Source of the DNA: Octopus sinensis
Lineage: Eukaryota
NCBI RefSeq assembly: GCF_006345805.1
Contig: NC_042998.1
Coordinates: 76,508,001-76,572,000, forward strand
Direction: 5' to 3'
DNA length: 64,000 nucleotides
The position numbers were made by a program, and so were the translations under genes. Each line of letters opens with the position of its first letter. The first letter of the stretch is position 1. The notes under the pieces were generated by a model. The model searched no databases. It was not told the DNA's origin and saw only the letters and a program-made list of their open reading frames with translations. Positions 27,128 to 39,744 of this stretch are shown here, piece after piece.

Positions 27128-27623
27128 CCTATTTCTTTACTGCCCACAAGGGGCTAAACACAGAGAGGACAAACAAGGACAGACAAACGGATTAAGTCGA
27201 TCATATCGACCCCAGTGCGTAACTGGTACTTATTTACTCGACCCCGAAAGGATGAAAGGCAAAGTCGACCTCGGCGGAATTTGAACTCAGAACGTAGCGG
27301 CAGACGAAATACCTATTTCTTTACTGCCCACAAGGGGCTAAACACAGAGAGGACAAACAAGGACAGAAAAACGGATTAAGTCGATTATATCGACCCCAGT
27401 ATGTAACTGGTACTTATTTACTGGACTCCGAAAGGATGAAAGGCAAAGTAAACCTCGCCGGAATTTGAACTCAGAACGTAGCGGCAGACGAAATACCTAT
27501 TTCTTTACTGCCCACAAGGGGTTAAACACAGAGAGGACAAACAAGGACAGACAAACGGATTAAGTCAATTACATCGACCCCAGTGAGTAACTGGTACTTA
27601 TTCCTCGGCGGAATTTGAACTCA
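27128..27623 (-). mobile_element. Tandem array of three head-less family A SINE units (~184 bp each)
   Basis: acctatttctttactgcccacaagggg recurs at about 27128, 27311 and 27496. Confidence 0.9.
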
Positions 27624-27839
27624 GCCTACGTGCAAACTATATGAGCGCAAAGGTACACTCTCTCAGATCAGTTAGTCTGATTTCTTCTTACTCATACAGT
27701 TTAACAAAAATCCTGAAAGAAATACATAAAAGAGCGAACAGAGTTCACATACGAAGCTACAAACGACAGCCCTGGTATAAACACCCATCATAAAACTCCG
27801 ACTGACCTGTCTTTCTGAATCTATTTCTTTACCAATAAT

Positions 27840-28048
27840 GGCGAGCTGAAAAAAATCACTTGCACGTGGGACAAAATACTTAGCGGCATTTCGTGTGACT
27901 CTACACTCTGAGCTCAGTTTCCTCTGAGGTCGACTTTGCCTTTCATCTTTTCGGAGGTCGATGAAATAAGTACTAGTTGAACACTGAGATGGACGTAATC
28001 GATTAGCCCCTCCCCACCCTTTCAAATTTCTGTAGTAGAAAGGATTAT
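27840..28048 (+). mobile_element. Family A SINE, older copy
   Basis: ggcgagctg head plus gaggtcgactttgcctttcatc core. Confidence 0.8.
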
Positions 28049-28146
28049 CTTACTGGCATCTCCTTTAACAACCCACTTTATCCCTAAACCTGTATATACA
28101 CACACACATACTCACGAGCGCGCACACGCACACACAAGCACAAACA

Positions 28147-28191
<45 letters not shown>

Positions 28192-28599
28192 ACGTTCGCA
28201 CACATCACACAGACACAGACACACACAGACCCACAAACAGACAGACACACACACACACACACACACATATCCGGAGAACTGCCAGCGTCGGACAGAATGT
28301 TTCGCGCTATTTGTTCGATTCACTGCGCTTTGAATTGTGAGAATGTCGGACCAAATGCGCTACGTTATTTGTTCCGGCTCTTTGCAGTGACTACTTGGCT
28401 GGTAGACATAATCGGCAACAGCACTAACATCTGTTACCATGGGTGTCTTTACTGGAGTCCAATCTGTTGCAAGCATTTGTTGCAAGTTTGAGGATATCTT
28501 CCTCCCTCCCATTCATTAAATTCGGACGATGCTTAATGTGTCACGAGAACTACTTTTCGACTAAAAGATAAAAGAAAAAAAAAATCTCACACACGCGGT

Positions 28600-28748
28600 T
28601 GCAGGTGTTTGCTTTCCAACTATACGGTCCCGGGTTCTGTTCCACTGCATAACACTTTGGGTAAGTGTTTTCTTCTATAAACCCGGTCATAACTAAAGCC
28701 ATGTGAGTGGATTTGGTAGACGGAACCTGAAAGACGCCCGTCGTATAT
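28600..28748 (+). mobile_element. Family C SINE, partial
   Basis: gtgagtggatttggtagacggaa..tgaaaga.gcccgtc. Confidence 0.75.
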
Positions 28749-28963
28749 GTTTGTATATGTACACACACTCACACACACACTCACACATACACACACACAT
28801 ACACACACACAAACACATGTATTTATGTATGCATGCATGTATGTGTGTGTATATATATATATATATACACGTTTGGCGATGTAAACAAGAAAAATAGAAT
28901 ATAAAACATGACTATATAATAATAATAATGATGATGATGATAATAATAATAATAATAATAATA

Positions 28964-28999
<36 letters not shown>

Positions 29000-29059
29000 T
29001 AACAACAACAACAACAACACCAATAACAATAACAACAACAGCAACAATAATAATGATGA

Positions 29060-29624
29060 TGATGATGTCAGAATGGAATTCCGACTGAAAAGTTGTGGTG
29101 TGTTAGTCTTGAAGATAGGCAAAATCAAATACACAGCGATACAGAGAAACTGTACACAGTTGTGGAAATTAGCTGCCCATCGGATGTTAACATAAAGCTG
29201 AAGATCCGTGAAAAGCAGAACACCTATGCTGAACTATTGAGAATTCTGCATTTATTCTAGCCAGATTATAAGTTCAGGTTTATACCTGTAATTATTTGGG
29301 CCCTGGGATTTGTAACACACTGCTTAAATACCAATCTTGAAAACTTAGGCTTCTCTAAACCAGAAAGGAGAAAGGTAATTCGAAGGCTTTACATCCAATC
29401 CATCACTGGAACTGTAAAAATCTGTGTAACTTTCCATAAGTTTATCATTTAAATACATATGAGCATGTCTAAATAATGCAACTATATGCATGAGAATACA
29501 TACATAAAACAAATAAATTTGCACATACATACATACATACATACATACATACATACATGGATCTAGGTTAGAAACCGGTTCTTCCACTATTGGCAAGAAA
29601 TCTTGAAGTAAACTGAATAATGAC
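29060..29624 (+). mobile_element. R4/Dong-type LINE 3' end (subfamily 3), preceded by a short RT piece
   Basis: DDVRMEFRLKSCGVLVLKIGKI joined to VVEISCPSDVNIKLK...; 3' end matches 58700-59200. Confidence 0.8.
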
Positions 29625-30149
29625 ATACATACGTATATACATACATACATACATACATACATACATACATACATACATACATACATACATACATACATAC
29701 ATACATACATACATACATACGTGCATTCATACAGACATATACATGTACATATACAATGGTTGGACAAAATAATAGAAACACCATTTTTATTTAACTCTTT
29801 TGTTTTCTATTTTCAATATTATAAATTCAAATTATGTATATTATCTTCAATTATGTAAATATGTGTTCATAAGCATTTTGGACGTTTTACACTTATGATA
29901 TGGTCATCTGTTCTTTCTTTGTTTTAGCACACATCTATATTTAAATAAGTTAAAAAGACCTATCTGATCTTCAGATAGGTCTTTCTGGACATAGATCTCG
30001 GCATTATGGACATCCATGTGGCAATTAATATAATTAGCGTCAACTCAACAGTTGGCCCCAACTTCTGTTATTATTTACATAAAATACACAGTAAATGTCA
30101 TCAGGATAAGTAAAATAATAAATAAATAAAATATATACAACTTTACAGG

Positions 30150-31420
30150 TTCCTGGAAGTCATCGAGTGTGTATATGACTGAACAGCCCTGCAATCTACT
30201 CTATGTACTGTTATATGTGGAACTCAACCACTTTGGAAAAGACTGCACAGAAACAGCTATATTCTCTTTTCTGAAGAAGGCTTCACGTAGCGTCAAATAA
30301 TGTCAGAGACTTCGGCGTAACTGTAGGCCACAACTAAAACTGAAGTGCACGCATCAACAAAAAAGTCGATATGGCTTGCCAAATGTGCTCATGAATCCTT
30401 AGAATTTTCGGATCTTTTCGGTTTGAACGGCAGTTTTTAACATAATTTCTAGGTAACTAAAAAATTTTAAACTGGTAGAATGTGTTTATAAAACATCTTT
30501 TTCTCTTGAATTTATTGAGAAAATTCTATAGTTTGTAAGATATTTGTTGTTTTTTCTTCAATTTCTGCAATTTCAAACCAATTAATGGCGTCTATTGAGG
30601 TAAAAAAAAATCTGTGCCGTATGAATATGTCCCTCGTTTAAGAAACAGATTGGATTTATTTACATTTCTGAAGAAAAAAGATACCCTTCCCCCCACCCCT
30701 AACCCTAGCCCTAACCTTAACCCTAACTAACCCTAACTAACCCTAACCCTAAAACAGATTGAAATGCAATAGATCGATACGTGGGTCATAATTATGGGTG
30801 ACAATTTCATATGACACGGCCAGAAAAGACTGCCGTTCAAACCGAAAAGATCCGAATTTTTTAGTGTAGAGATTCCGATACTATTATCCTTTACTTCTCT
30901 GCGTTCGCTATCTCTGAATCTGAATACTGCTGGCTACTGTGGTTTCGCTATTCCAAATAAAACATGAGAATTGAATTTCCTCAGAAGTCGATAACACAGA
31001 AAAAAAACAAACAAACAAAAAAACACCCAAATATGTAGTATAGCAGACCCTGAATATTAGGATCGCCTCGAAAAGCTTAAATTATATTCTCTTTTCTCCG
31101 CCGGGAGAGGTACATTGTTTTTGCAACGTGGAAAATGTTCCATGAACGTTGCTCAAACGATGTTGGCATCAAATTCACAAGTTACTCATGGCAAGGTCTT
31201 CTGCCATGCCCCCCACCTCCGTAAAAACATTAAGCTCACTTCATATAACAACATTACTACACAACTTTATATCTCAACAAGACTTGCTTTATCCAACATA
31301 ATCCTACAAAAAATAAAAGATGAAAGGACCCCACAAAAATCATATTCTTCAAAGACGTACTTACGAAACTGTGCAGATAGTTTTCGGTAAAAAACAACTC
31401 CCAACACGAGTGGACTATGC
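30150..31420 (+). mobile_element. Decayed CR1-type LINE fragment split by a MITE
   Basis: VRDFGVTV...INKKVDMACQMCS*ILRIF | CRDSDTIIL...EYCWLLW; homologous to 8890-10075. Confidence 0.7.
30410..30853. mobile_element. 444-bp MITE with ~24-bp TIRs, 8-bp TSD and internal telomere-like (CCCTAA)n
   Basis: TIR ggatcttttcggtttgaacggcag / ctgccgttcaaaccgaaaagatcc; TSD gaattttc (30402-30409) and gaattttt (30854-30861). Confidence 0.9.
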
Positions 31421-31620
31421 TGTCCCAAAATATGGCTTCAAAAATTACTTAAGACGATGCTATTAAGTTAAACATGACCTGGTCCAATCTAAGTTACATA
31501 CATATATGTATTTGTATGTGTATATATATATATATAAATTATATTAAAACTATGTAAGTGTGCGTATTCTCTTTTTTCAATTTTGTGGGGATAATGGAAA
31601 TTCCTCTTTTCTGTTACTAT

Positions 31621-31676
<56 letters not shown>

Positions 31677-31911
31677 GAAAAATGCATTAAAAAACGTACA
31701 CGTAGGACAGGTACAGAAGGATCCTAATTCTTCATCTGTTATCAACCGAAATGTTGATAATTAGTTTCATGCCTATAATGATAAGACTAAGAACTTCGCA
31801 TATCAGCGGTACCCGCAAAATTTGCGGAGAATTAGGGCTCGAGCAAACAAAACAATACAGAGTGGACATAGGAAAGTAAACAAATGTAATTTGAAACGAT
31901 TGATGAAAACG

Positions 31912-31985
<74 letters not shown>

Positions 31986-31987
31986 CA

Positions 31988-32155
31988 CTACACGCATTCT
32001 TTTCTCTCCTTGTTTTTTTCTGTGTATCTTTGTGTCGAAGAGCGCAGGCTCGAAACGTAAAAGACTTTTTCTATTTCTGAGCGCTATACTAATACTTTTG
32101 CTTGTTTGTACTCCACCTGCCTTCGTCTTTTGTTTATTTTCGTAAACTTTCCCTA
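31988..32155 (+). repeat. Second copy of the pLTR-like repeat with minimal hammerhead fold (32027-32064)
   Basis: TCTTT-GTGTCGAA-GAGC-gcag-GCTC-GAAACGTA-AAAGA; flanked by (TA)n. Confidence 0.7.
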
Positions 32156-32734
32156 TATGTATGTATATATATATATATATATACACACACATATGTATGT
32201 GTGTATGGATATGTACATATGCTTATATGTATATATGGGTTGATAGATACAGGCACATAAAACTCTCTCACTCACACGCGTACACACACACACACACATT
32301 GTTCATGTTTTACCTATTACTATACACAAGCAATACAGGTTATTCTACTGATGGCAAAACGAAATATCGCATTTCGATGTTTACGACTAGAATATACCTG
32401 AAGCAGAGAGTCTCATTAAATATTGGGCTTCAAATTCTGAGATAAGGCCGGCAAGTTCGAGATGAGAGTAAGTCGATTGCATCAACCTTTGAGTTTAACT
32501 CGTACTTATTTTATAAACTCTGAAAGCATGAAAGGTAAGGTCGACCCCCTACATAATTTGAAGTCAGAATGTGAAGGCGAACGAGATGTTGCTAAGCATT
32601 TTACCTGGCTTGCTAACGATTTTGCCAGCTCATTGACTTTGAAATACATTATTGATGTTTGAAATTGCTAAATGAGTTATATCTGAGTAAAAAAAAAAAA
32701 AACCCAAAAAACTTATAATTGTCGGGGTTGTATC

Positions 32735-33110
32735 GTGGCATTCCGTCGGTTGCAACGACGAGGGTTCCAGTTGATCCGATCAACGGAACAGCCTGCTCGT
32801 AAGATTAACGTGTAAATGGCTGAGCACTCCACAGACACGTGTAACCTTAATGTAATTCTCAGGGAGATTCAGCGTGACACAGAGTGTGACAAGGCTGGCC
32901 CCTTTTGAAATACATGTATAACAGAAACAAACAGTGAGAGAAAGTTGTGGTGAGGGAGTACAGTAGGGTTCACCCCCAACTGTTGGGGCCGCGTGGAACT
33001 TTAGGTGTTTTCGCTCAATAAACACTCACAACGACCGGTCTAGGAATCGAAACCGCGATCCTACGGCCGCGAGTCCGTTACCCTAACCACTGGGTCATTG
33101 CGCCTCCACT
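32735..33110 (-). mobile_element. tRNA-derived SINE, family B
   Basis: Reverse-strand homologue of 45866-46250. Confidence 0.9.
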
Positions 33111-33426
33111 AAATATCGGGATTAAAAAGAGGTAACTAGCAGTTTATGCAAATTTAAAATAACTATTGACAAGGAGGTATGGTATAAACATTGTAGAGTA
33201 ATTGGTAACGCGGTCGGTGAACAAATGGTGTACATAAGGTTTTGCTTCAGTAAATCACAATGTAAGTTATCGATCCCAGTTGATGTATGAAAGATTTGAA
33301 TTCAGAAGGTGAAAATGCCATGAAATGATGCAAGGAGCTTATACAACTACCTACCTACCTGCCTGCCTACCTACCTACCTACATACCTACCTACCTACCT
33401 ACCTATCTACCTACATACAAACACAC

Positions 33427-33518
<92 letters not shown>

Positions 33519-33731
33519 GTGTGTCTTACCCTTCCCCACTACTTGTCAACGGCGCTGGTTTGTTTACACCAACATAACCAAGCAATCCAGCAAAAGAGAC
33601 CGATATAATAAGTACCAGTCCTAAAAAAATGTACTGTGGTTGATTCGTTAAACAAAAATCCTTCAAAGCGGTGCCCCAGTATGGCCGCAGTTCAATGACT
33701 GAAACAAGCGAAAAAATATATGTATGTATAC

Positions 33732-33825
<94 letters not shown>

Positions 33826-34079
33826 TGATTTATATTTATACACATACGCACACACATATACATTTATATGTACAAACATACATAGTTTCACTCAAGAGCC
33901 GTAATTTATAGACCGAAGTCATTAACGCATTGTTGTTTTCTTATTGCAGCTGTTACAATCCCCAACCCGTTCTCTTTATCGTCTATTTAACAGACGATAC
34001 AGTTTATTCACAAGATTTCATCTATTTACAGATTGCTTATTAGACAGTTTTAGCGGGAATCATTTTAGACGCGCTTACA

Positions 34080-34890
34080 CGCTATCGCGTCAGAAAATTC
34101 TTAACGATATATCTCTTCTGGTTCTTTACGCTCTCATTTCAAATCCTGCCACGGTAAACTTTGCCTTTCATCCTTTCAGGGACGATAAAATAAGCCCCAG
34201 TTGAACACTGGGATCAATGCAATCGACTAACCCCTTCCCCGCCACCTAATATTGCTAGACTTGAGCTAAAATTTGAAATCATTAAGCTGGCTAGCTGGCA
34301 GCAGAATAGTAGCACTCTAGACAAAATGCTTAGTGGCATTTCTTCAGGTTTTATGCCCAGAGTTCAAATCATACTTAGGCCAATTCTACCTTTCATCCTT
34401 TTAGGGTCAATCGATTCGTCCCTTTCCCCAAATATGCCTTGTGTCTTTATTAGAAGCACTATTTTTGATTTTAAGGAGTCTAGGACATTTACTCCCCCAT
34501 GGACAATAACACCCCAAGGACAACAGATGATGGTAATTAGCCAAGGGGGATAATTATCCTAGGGGGTAGTTGCCGTCGGGGAGAATTGTCCTATGGCGGG
34601 GGGAGGGGTAATTGTCCTAGTGGGATAATTGTCCTGATATGATTTTAAGTTTATTAGTTAAATTATAGATGGTTGCGAAGGTGGCGAGTTGGCTGAATCG
34701 TTACCGCACCGGACAAAATGCTCAGCGGCATTTCTTCCGACTTTACGCTTTGAGTTCAAGTACCATCGGGTTAGACTTTGCCTCTCATTCCTTTCGAAGT
34801 CGATAGAATAAGCCTCAATTAAATACTGGGGTCAATGTAATCGACTAGCGCCTTCTCCGAAATTGCTGGCCTTGTGCCAAAATTTGAAAC
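34080..34890 (+). mobile_element. Cluster of three old family A SINEs (about 34080-34280, 34285-34460, 34680-34890)
   Basis: Repeated ctttgcctttcatcctt core and gagttggc/gctggc heads. Confidence 0.7.
34475..34640. mobile_element. Small DNA-transposon relic with inverted subterminal repeats
   Basis: ggacaataacaccc-type motifs on the left and ggggtaattgtcct motifs on the right, in opposite orientation. Confidence 0.5.
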
Positions 34891-34994
34891 TAAATTATAA
34901 ATGGTTATAATTGAGTTATGAGTATTTCCAATGTTTTCAACTTACTTTCTATTACTAAGATATAGAGTTTATCACCTTTCTCTTTCTCTCTATT

Positions 34995-35356
34995 GTTCCA
35001 GTTATTGGACTGTGGCTGTACCAGGGTATCACATTGAAGGGATTAATCGAACAAATAAACCCCAGTACATATTTTATAAGGGTGATACTTATTCTATTGA
35101 TTTCTTGTGCCGAACCACTTAGTTACAGTGATGTAAACAAACAACACCATTTCTCAAGAGGTAGTAGGAGACATATACATTAATGTACATACAACAGGCA
35201 TCAATATAGTTTCTACCTTCCAAATTCACTCACAAAGCATTGGTCACCCTGGGTCATTATATAGGACACTTAACAAGAGTACTGCGCTGTGGGACACAAC
35301 CGGAAACCATTTGGTTACAAAGTAAGCTTCTTAACCATTCAGTCATGCCTGCACCT
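34995..35356 (-). mobile_element. Old family C-like SINE
   Basis: caaattcactcacaaagcattggtc and aagcttcttaacca are reverse matches to the family. Confidence 0.65.
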
Positions 35357-35492
35357 AAAACCTTAAGCTAGGAATAAAATTTCCGTTCCCAGCGATCTCC
35401 TCTTTCCTTTTTTCTGTATTTTATATTGAAAGTTATTTGCTAGCAAAGATGAAGGCTATTCTTCCACATCAATAATATATAAAAAAAAAAAA

Positions 35493-35845
35493 AGGCGGCG
35501 AGCTGGCAGATTCGTTAGCATGCACGGCATTTTGTCCGTCTTTACGTTCTGAGTTCAACTTCTACTGAGGTCGACTTTGCCTTTCATCCTTTCGGGGCGA
35601 TAAATTAAGTACTTGTTACGCACTGGGATCAATGTAATCGACTTATTCCCCCACCCCAGAATTTCAGGCCTTGTGTATATAGTAGAAAGGATATTAAAAA
35701 AAAGCGGTGAGCTTAGCAGATTCGTTAGCACGCAATGAAATTCTGATCAGGTCGACTTTGCCTTTTATCCTTTTGGATTCGATGGAATAAGTACCAGTTG
35801 AGCCATGTGATCGATGTAGTCAGCTTGCACTTCCCTCGGAATTGC
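35493..35845 (+). mobile_element. Two adjacent family A SINEs
   Basis: ggcggcgagctggcaga and gcggtgagcttagcaga heads; ggtcgactttgccttt cores. Confidence 0.8.
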
Positions 35846-36028
35846 CTAAATCTGATATTAATAATATCACTACATCTAAATGTTTCAATCCACTATATAG
35901 TTTATGAGAAAATCTGCAGAATTTTTAGTTACTTTTTAGAACGCCTCTGAGATATATCGCGATTGTTCATAATCATCGTTACTAATTATCCCATCTCTTC
36001 CTCTCCCCCTCCATAAATGTGTCCCTCC

Positions 36029-36119
<91 letters not shown>

Positions 36120-36151
36120 CCTATATGAGAAATTTTACGTAGCTGTTTATA

Positions 36152-36211
<60 letters not shown>

Positions 36212-36214
<3 letters not shown>

Positions 36215-36620
36215 GGCTGTGTAGTAAATAGCTTGCTTACGAACGACATGGTTCCGGATTCAGTCCCACTGCGTGGCACCTTGGGCAAGTGTCTTCTACT
36301 ATAGCTTCGGGCCGTCCAAAGCCTTGTGAGTGGATTTGGTAGACGGAAACTGAAAGAAGCCCGTCGTATATGTGTGTATATATATGTATATATGTATGTG
36401 TGCGTGTATATATTTGTGTGTCTGTGTTTGTTCCCCCAACATCGCCTGACAATCGATGCCGGTGTGTTTACATCCCCGTAACTTAGCGGTTCGGCAAAAG
36501 AGAGCGATAGAATAAGTACTAAGCTTACAAAGAATAAGTCCTGGGGTCGATTTGCTCGACTAAAAGCGGTTCTCCAGCACAGCCACAGTCATTTGACTGA
36601 AACAAGTAAAAGAATAAAAG
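36212..36620 (+). mobile_element. Family C SINE, near full length with internal microsatellite
   Basis: ggctgtgtagtaa...ttcagtcccactgcgtggcaccttgggcaagtgtc...gactgaaacaagtaaaagaata. Confidence 0.9.
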
Positions 36621-37064
36621 AATATATATTATTGATTCTGCCCAACATTACATAAGGTTTCGTAGATGCAAAAATGCATCTACATCCTCAGATATATAGA
36701 ATCGTCATTCATATTCTCACCGACTCGTATGCGTGTCTATGTGTGTGTGTGTGTGCGTGTGCGTGTGTATGTGTGTGTCCGTGTGTGCGTGCGCGCGTGT
36801 ATGTGTACGTGTGTGCGTGCGCGCGTGTATGTGTACGTGTGTGTATTTCGAATAGCTGAGCTTTGTTTTCGGTATATTGAGCTCACCCCTTAATTCATAA
36901 CCAAAAATTATGCCAAAATCCTCTTTGAGCTATTTCCTATTGTATTTTCAATTATGTGTGTACATACGCACGCACGCACAATCCTCTCACATATACGTAG
37001 TGTAGTAATAATTCATGTGACATGGAGATAAATCAGAAATATGAAAGGAATGATAATAATAATA

Positions 37065-37101
<37 letters not shown>

Positions 37102-38389
37102 TAAATAATAATAATAATAATAATAATAATGATAATAATAATAATAATGATAATAATAATATGTAGGAGGAGGAGGAGGAGGAGGAGGAGTAGAAGAAGA
37201 AGAAGAAGAAGAAGAAGAAGAAGAAGAAAAGAAGAAGAAGAAAAGAAAAAGAAGAAGAAAATATAGTAAAGCAATGAATCATAAGAAAATATCAAACATA
37301 GACTGGATGACTGGAATAATGTAATTATATAATGCAGCTAAAATGTCACCATAATATTGATTTCTTTGTTTGGTAGCAGATGGAAGCTTTGTGAAGGGGA
37401 AAGTGTGTAAAAGATTGACTCAGCCACAATTTAGTAAATACACCCAGAGTGTAAGACGATCGAGCTGATAATGAGAATATGTAGAGGTCGTATAGAGTCA
37501 GCAACATCAGTGAAACAGTGACAATTGTAGTATCTGTTGGAGAAACACAGAATGAATATAAGTTTGCGGTAGGTAATATATATATATATGAAAAACGAAA
37601 ACGTTTGTGATGGTGGGGGAGCCGGTATCTTATCTTCTCGCAGAAAAGAAAACCAATATTTGCGAGGCAACTTTTGACAAACGTATTATTTATCATCATA
37701 ACAGATTATCAGACATTGCGAAGTATAATATTTGTAGGCAGTGAGGTAGCTTTAATTGCTTATTGTATATGATTAGCATAGGTGTACAGGATACATTTTC
37801 TTGTGGTACGTAATGATATGAAACTAGGTTATCAAGTTCTAATTAACTCTTTAACTGTGTAATTTAATTTCATAGTTATTCCCGTAGCGATGTTAATTAT
37901 GCACCAAAACACAAAATTGGTATTTTCTGAAAGTCACATTATCTCATAGTAAACTTGATGTACTTCAACAAAAGATATTTTCAAACATGACTTTCCGCAA
38001 CAGAAGATAAATTGGTATATAAAACTGCTATCCAAAGTTAGGGGTAATGAAATTTTGAGTGGATATATCTGATTCCAACAGAAGAAGCATTAATTGACTT
38101 GTGGATGATGTGCATGATTCTTCAGATTCAATTCGTTGTTCTGATCCAAATGCTCTGCGACTGATATTTACACTGCTGATCGAAGAACGGATGCAATCTC
38201 CAAATCTATTGTTTTAGATGAAGCTCTACCAGGAACAGACCTTGCTGAAAGACATGCTGTGCAATCCACTATTCAATGACTTATTATACAAACTGTAGTT
38301 CATACACTAGCGTGCTTTTTTTCTGTGTTTTGTTACCTGGAAAAAGTAAACAAAAAAATAAAGGGGAAAATGGGAAAGAAAATTCACAG

Positions 38390-39080
38390 CAATAATGCTC
38401 TTCTCAGTGCGTCTGACGTACCAGTTGAAACAATCTTTTGCACTTTCTGCATGGATGGTAAGCTAAGCATCATTCTTAACTAATTTTTAGCTCCTTTTTT
38501 TAGTCATTCCAAGTGCTCCTACAATCACTGGTATTGTTACCATCTTGAGATGCCACATCTTTTCGATTAGCAAATCTTTATATTTTCTGAGCTATCAAAT
38601 TCTTTTACCGAGATATTATGTTCACAATAAACTTTATTATTTTGATCTTTCACAACATCTGGTTTATTTGATTTGATGGTCCGGTCTGTATATACTGGAA
38701 AGTCCCAAAGAATCGTGACATTTTCTCCCTCAGTTACAACCTCAGAATGGTGCTTGTACCACGTGTCAGTAGTTTTGATTTTATAATGCCCACACATTAT
38801 CAAAAGTAGATATTGACCAACCCAGTCATGTCTTGATTTATACTCTACACGTGGTGAGACTTTATACCCAGAGATTAGGTGGTCCACTGTTTCAATCCCG
38901 TCGTTACAGTATCGGCACTTTAGATCTACACCATTTTTCATCACATTAACTTGATAGTTTCGGGTCAGTAAGCTCTGATCTTGAGCAGCCAAGATAAATC
39001 CTTCACTCTATGCATTTAGCCTTGAGCTCCGTAGCCACTGACGGGTGCGCTTCTGATCTACATCCGCTTCTTTTGGGCAT
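38390..39080 (-). mobile_element. R4/Dong-type LINE 3' fragment, subfamily 2, copy 2
   Basis: AAQDQSLLTRNY...CRYCND...DHLISG...RHD...LWDFPVYTDRTIKSNKPD; QKVQKIVSTGT...LRRAL. Confidence 0.9.
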
Positions 39081-39392
39081 GTTCAAAAAATATTTTTAAG
39101 TGAAAATGACTTTAAAAATACGGTAAATGTTTCGTAAAAGACCCTCGGTGCGAAATAGGTTTTTCTCCATAGATTTTTTTCGAGTTTATTCAACGTATGT
39201 CACCTCCAAAGATTTGGCTACTATTTCTAGCGTGCCCTACTACCACGTAACAGCTATTTACGATAAAGGACCCGAAGTACCTATTACGTGGTAGCTGGGA
39301 GTGCTAGAAATAGCAGCCAAATCTGTCCTTTTCTGGGGGAAAGGAGCCGTTTACGCGTGATTTCAATGTCACGTTGCTGGAAACTCAGACTT

Positions 39393-39425
39393 ACCCGGTG
39401 ACCCAACGGGTCACGGGTAGTCTAA
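39393..39425 (+). mobile_element. Helitron-type 3' terminus (GC hairpin plus CTRR)
   Basis: acccg-gtgaccc-aac-gggtcac-gggt followed by agtCTAA|T. Confidence 0.6.
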
Positions 39426-39744
39426 TATACATATACATATACTAATTCAAATGACCAACTATGTCACAACCAGTGTTACGATGAGTCTGTTTGCGGATTA
39501 TGTTAAAGGTACAAGCTTCTGTAGATTACTCACCCACCACATTATGATTAAATGAGCAGGTAATTCCGTGGATTGGACGATTCGTAACTTCCTTTGTCGA
39601 AACAGCGTGAAAACCATTTTTTGAAACAGAATCGATGACATGAACTCTGGAGATCACAAGTATCTGACTGGTTAATCAGTAGGATTGACTTTCGATAATA
39701 TATAAAGTGAAGTTGTAATATAAATAACATGACGGAATAATGAG

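Noticed and set aside
27128-27623. Repeat array as a CRISPR-like locus
   Set aside because: Units are contiguous SINE bodies without unique spacers, in a eukaryotic context
30697-30752. True telomere or chromosome fusion site
   Set aside because: Short, degenerate, single orientation, and inside a TIR-bounded MITE
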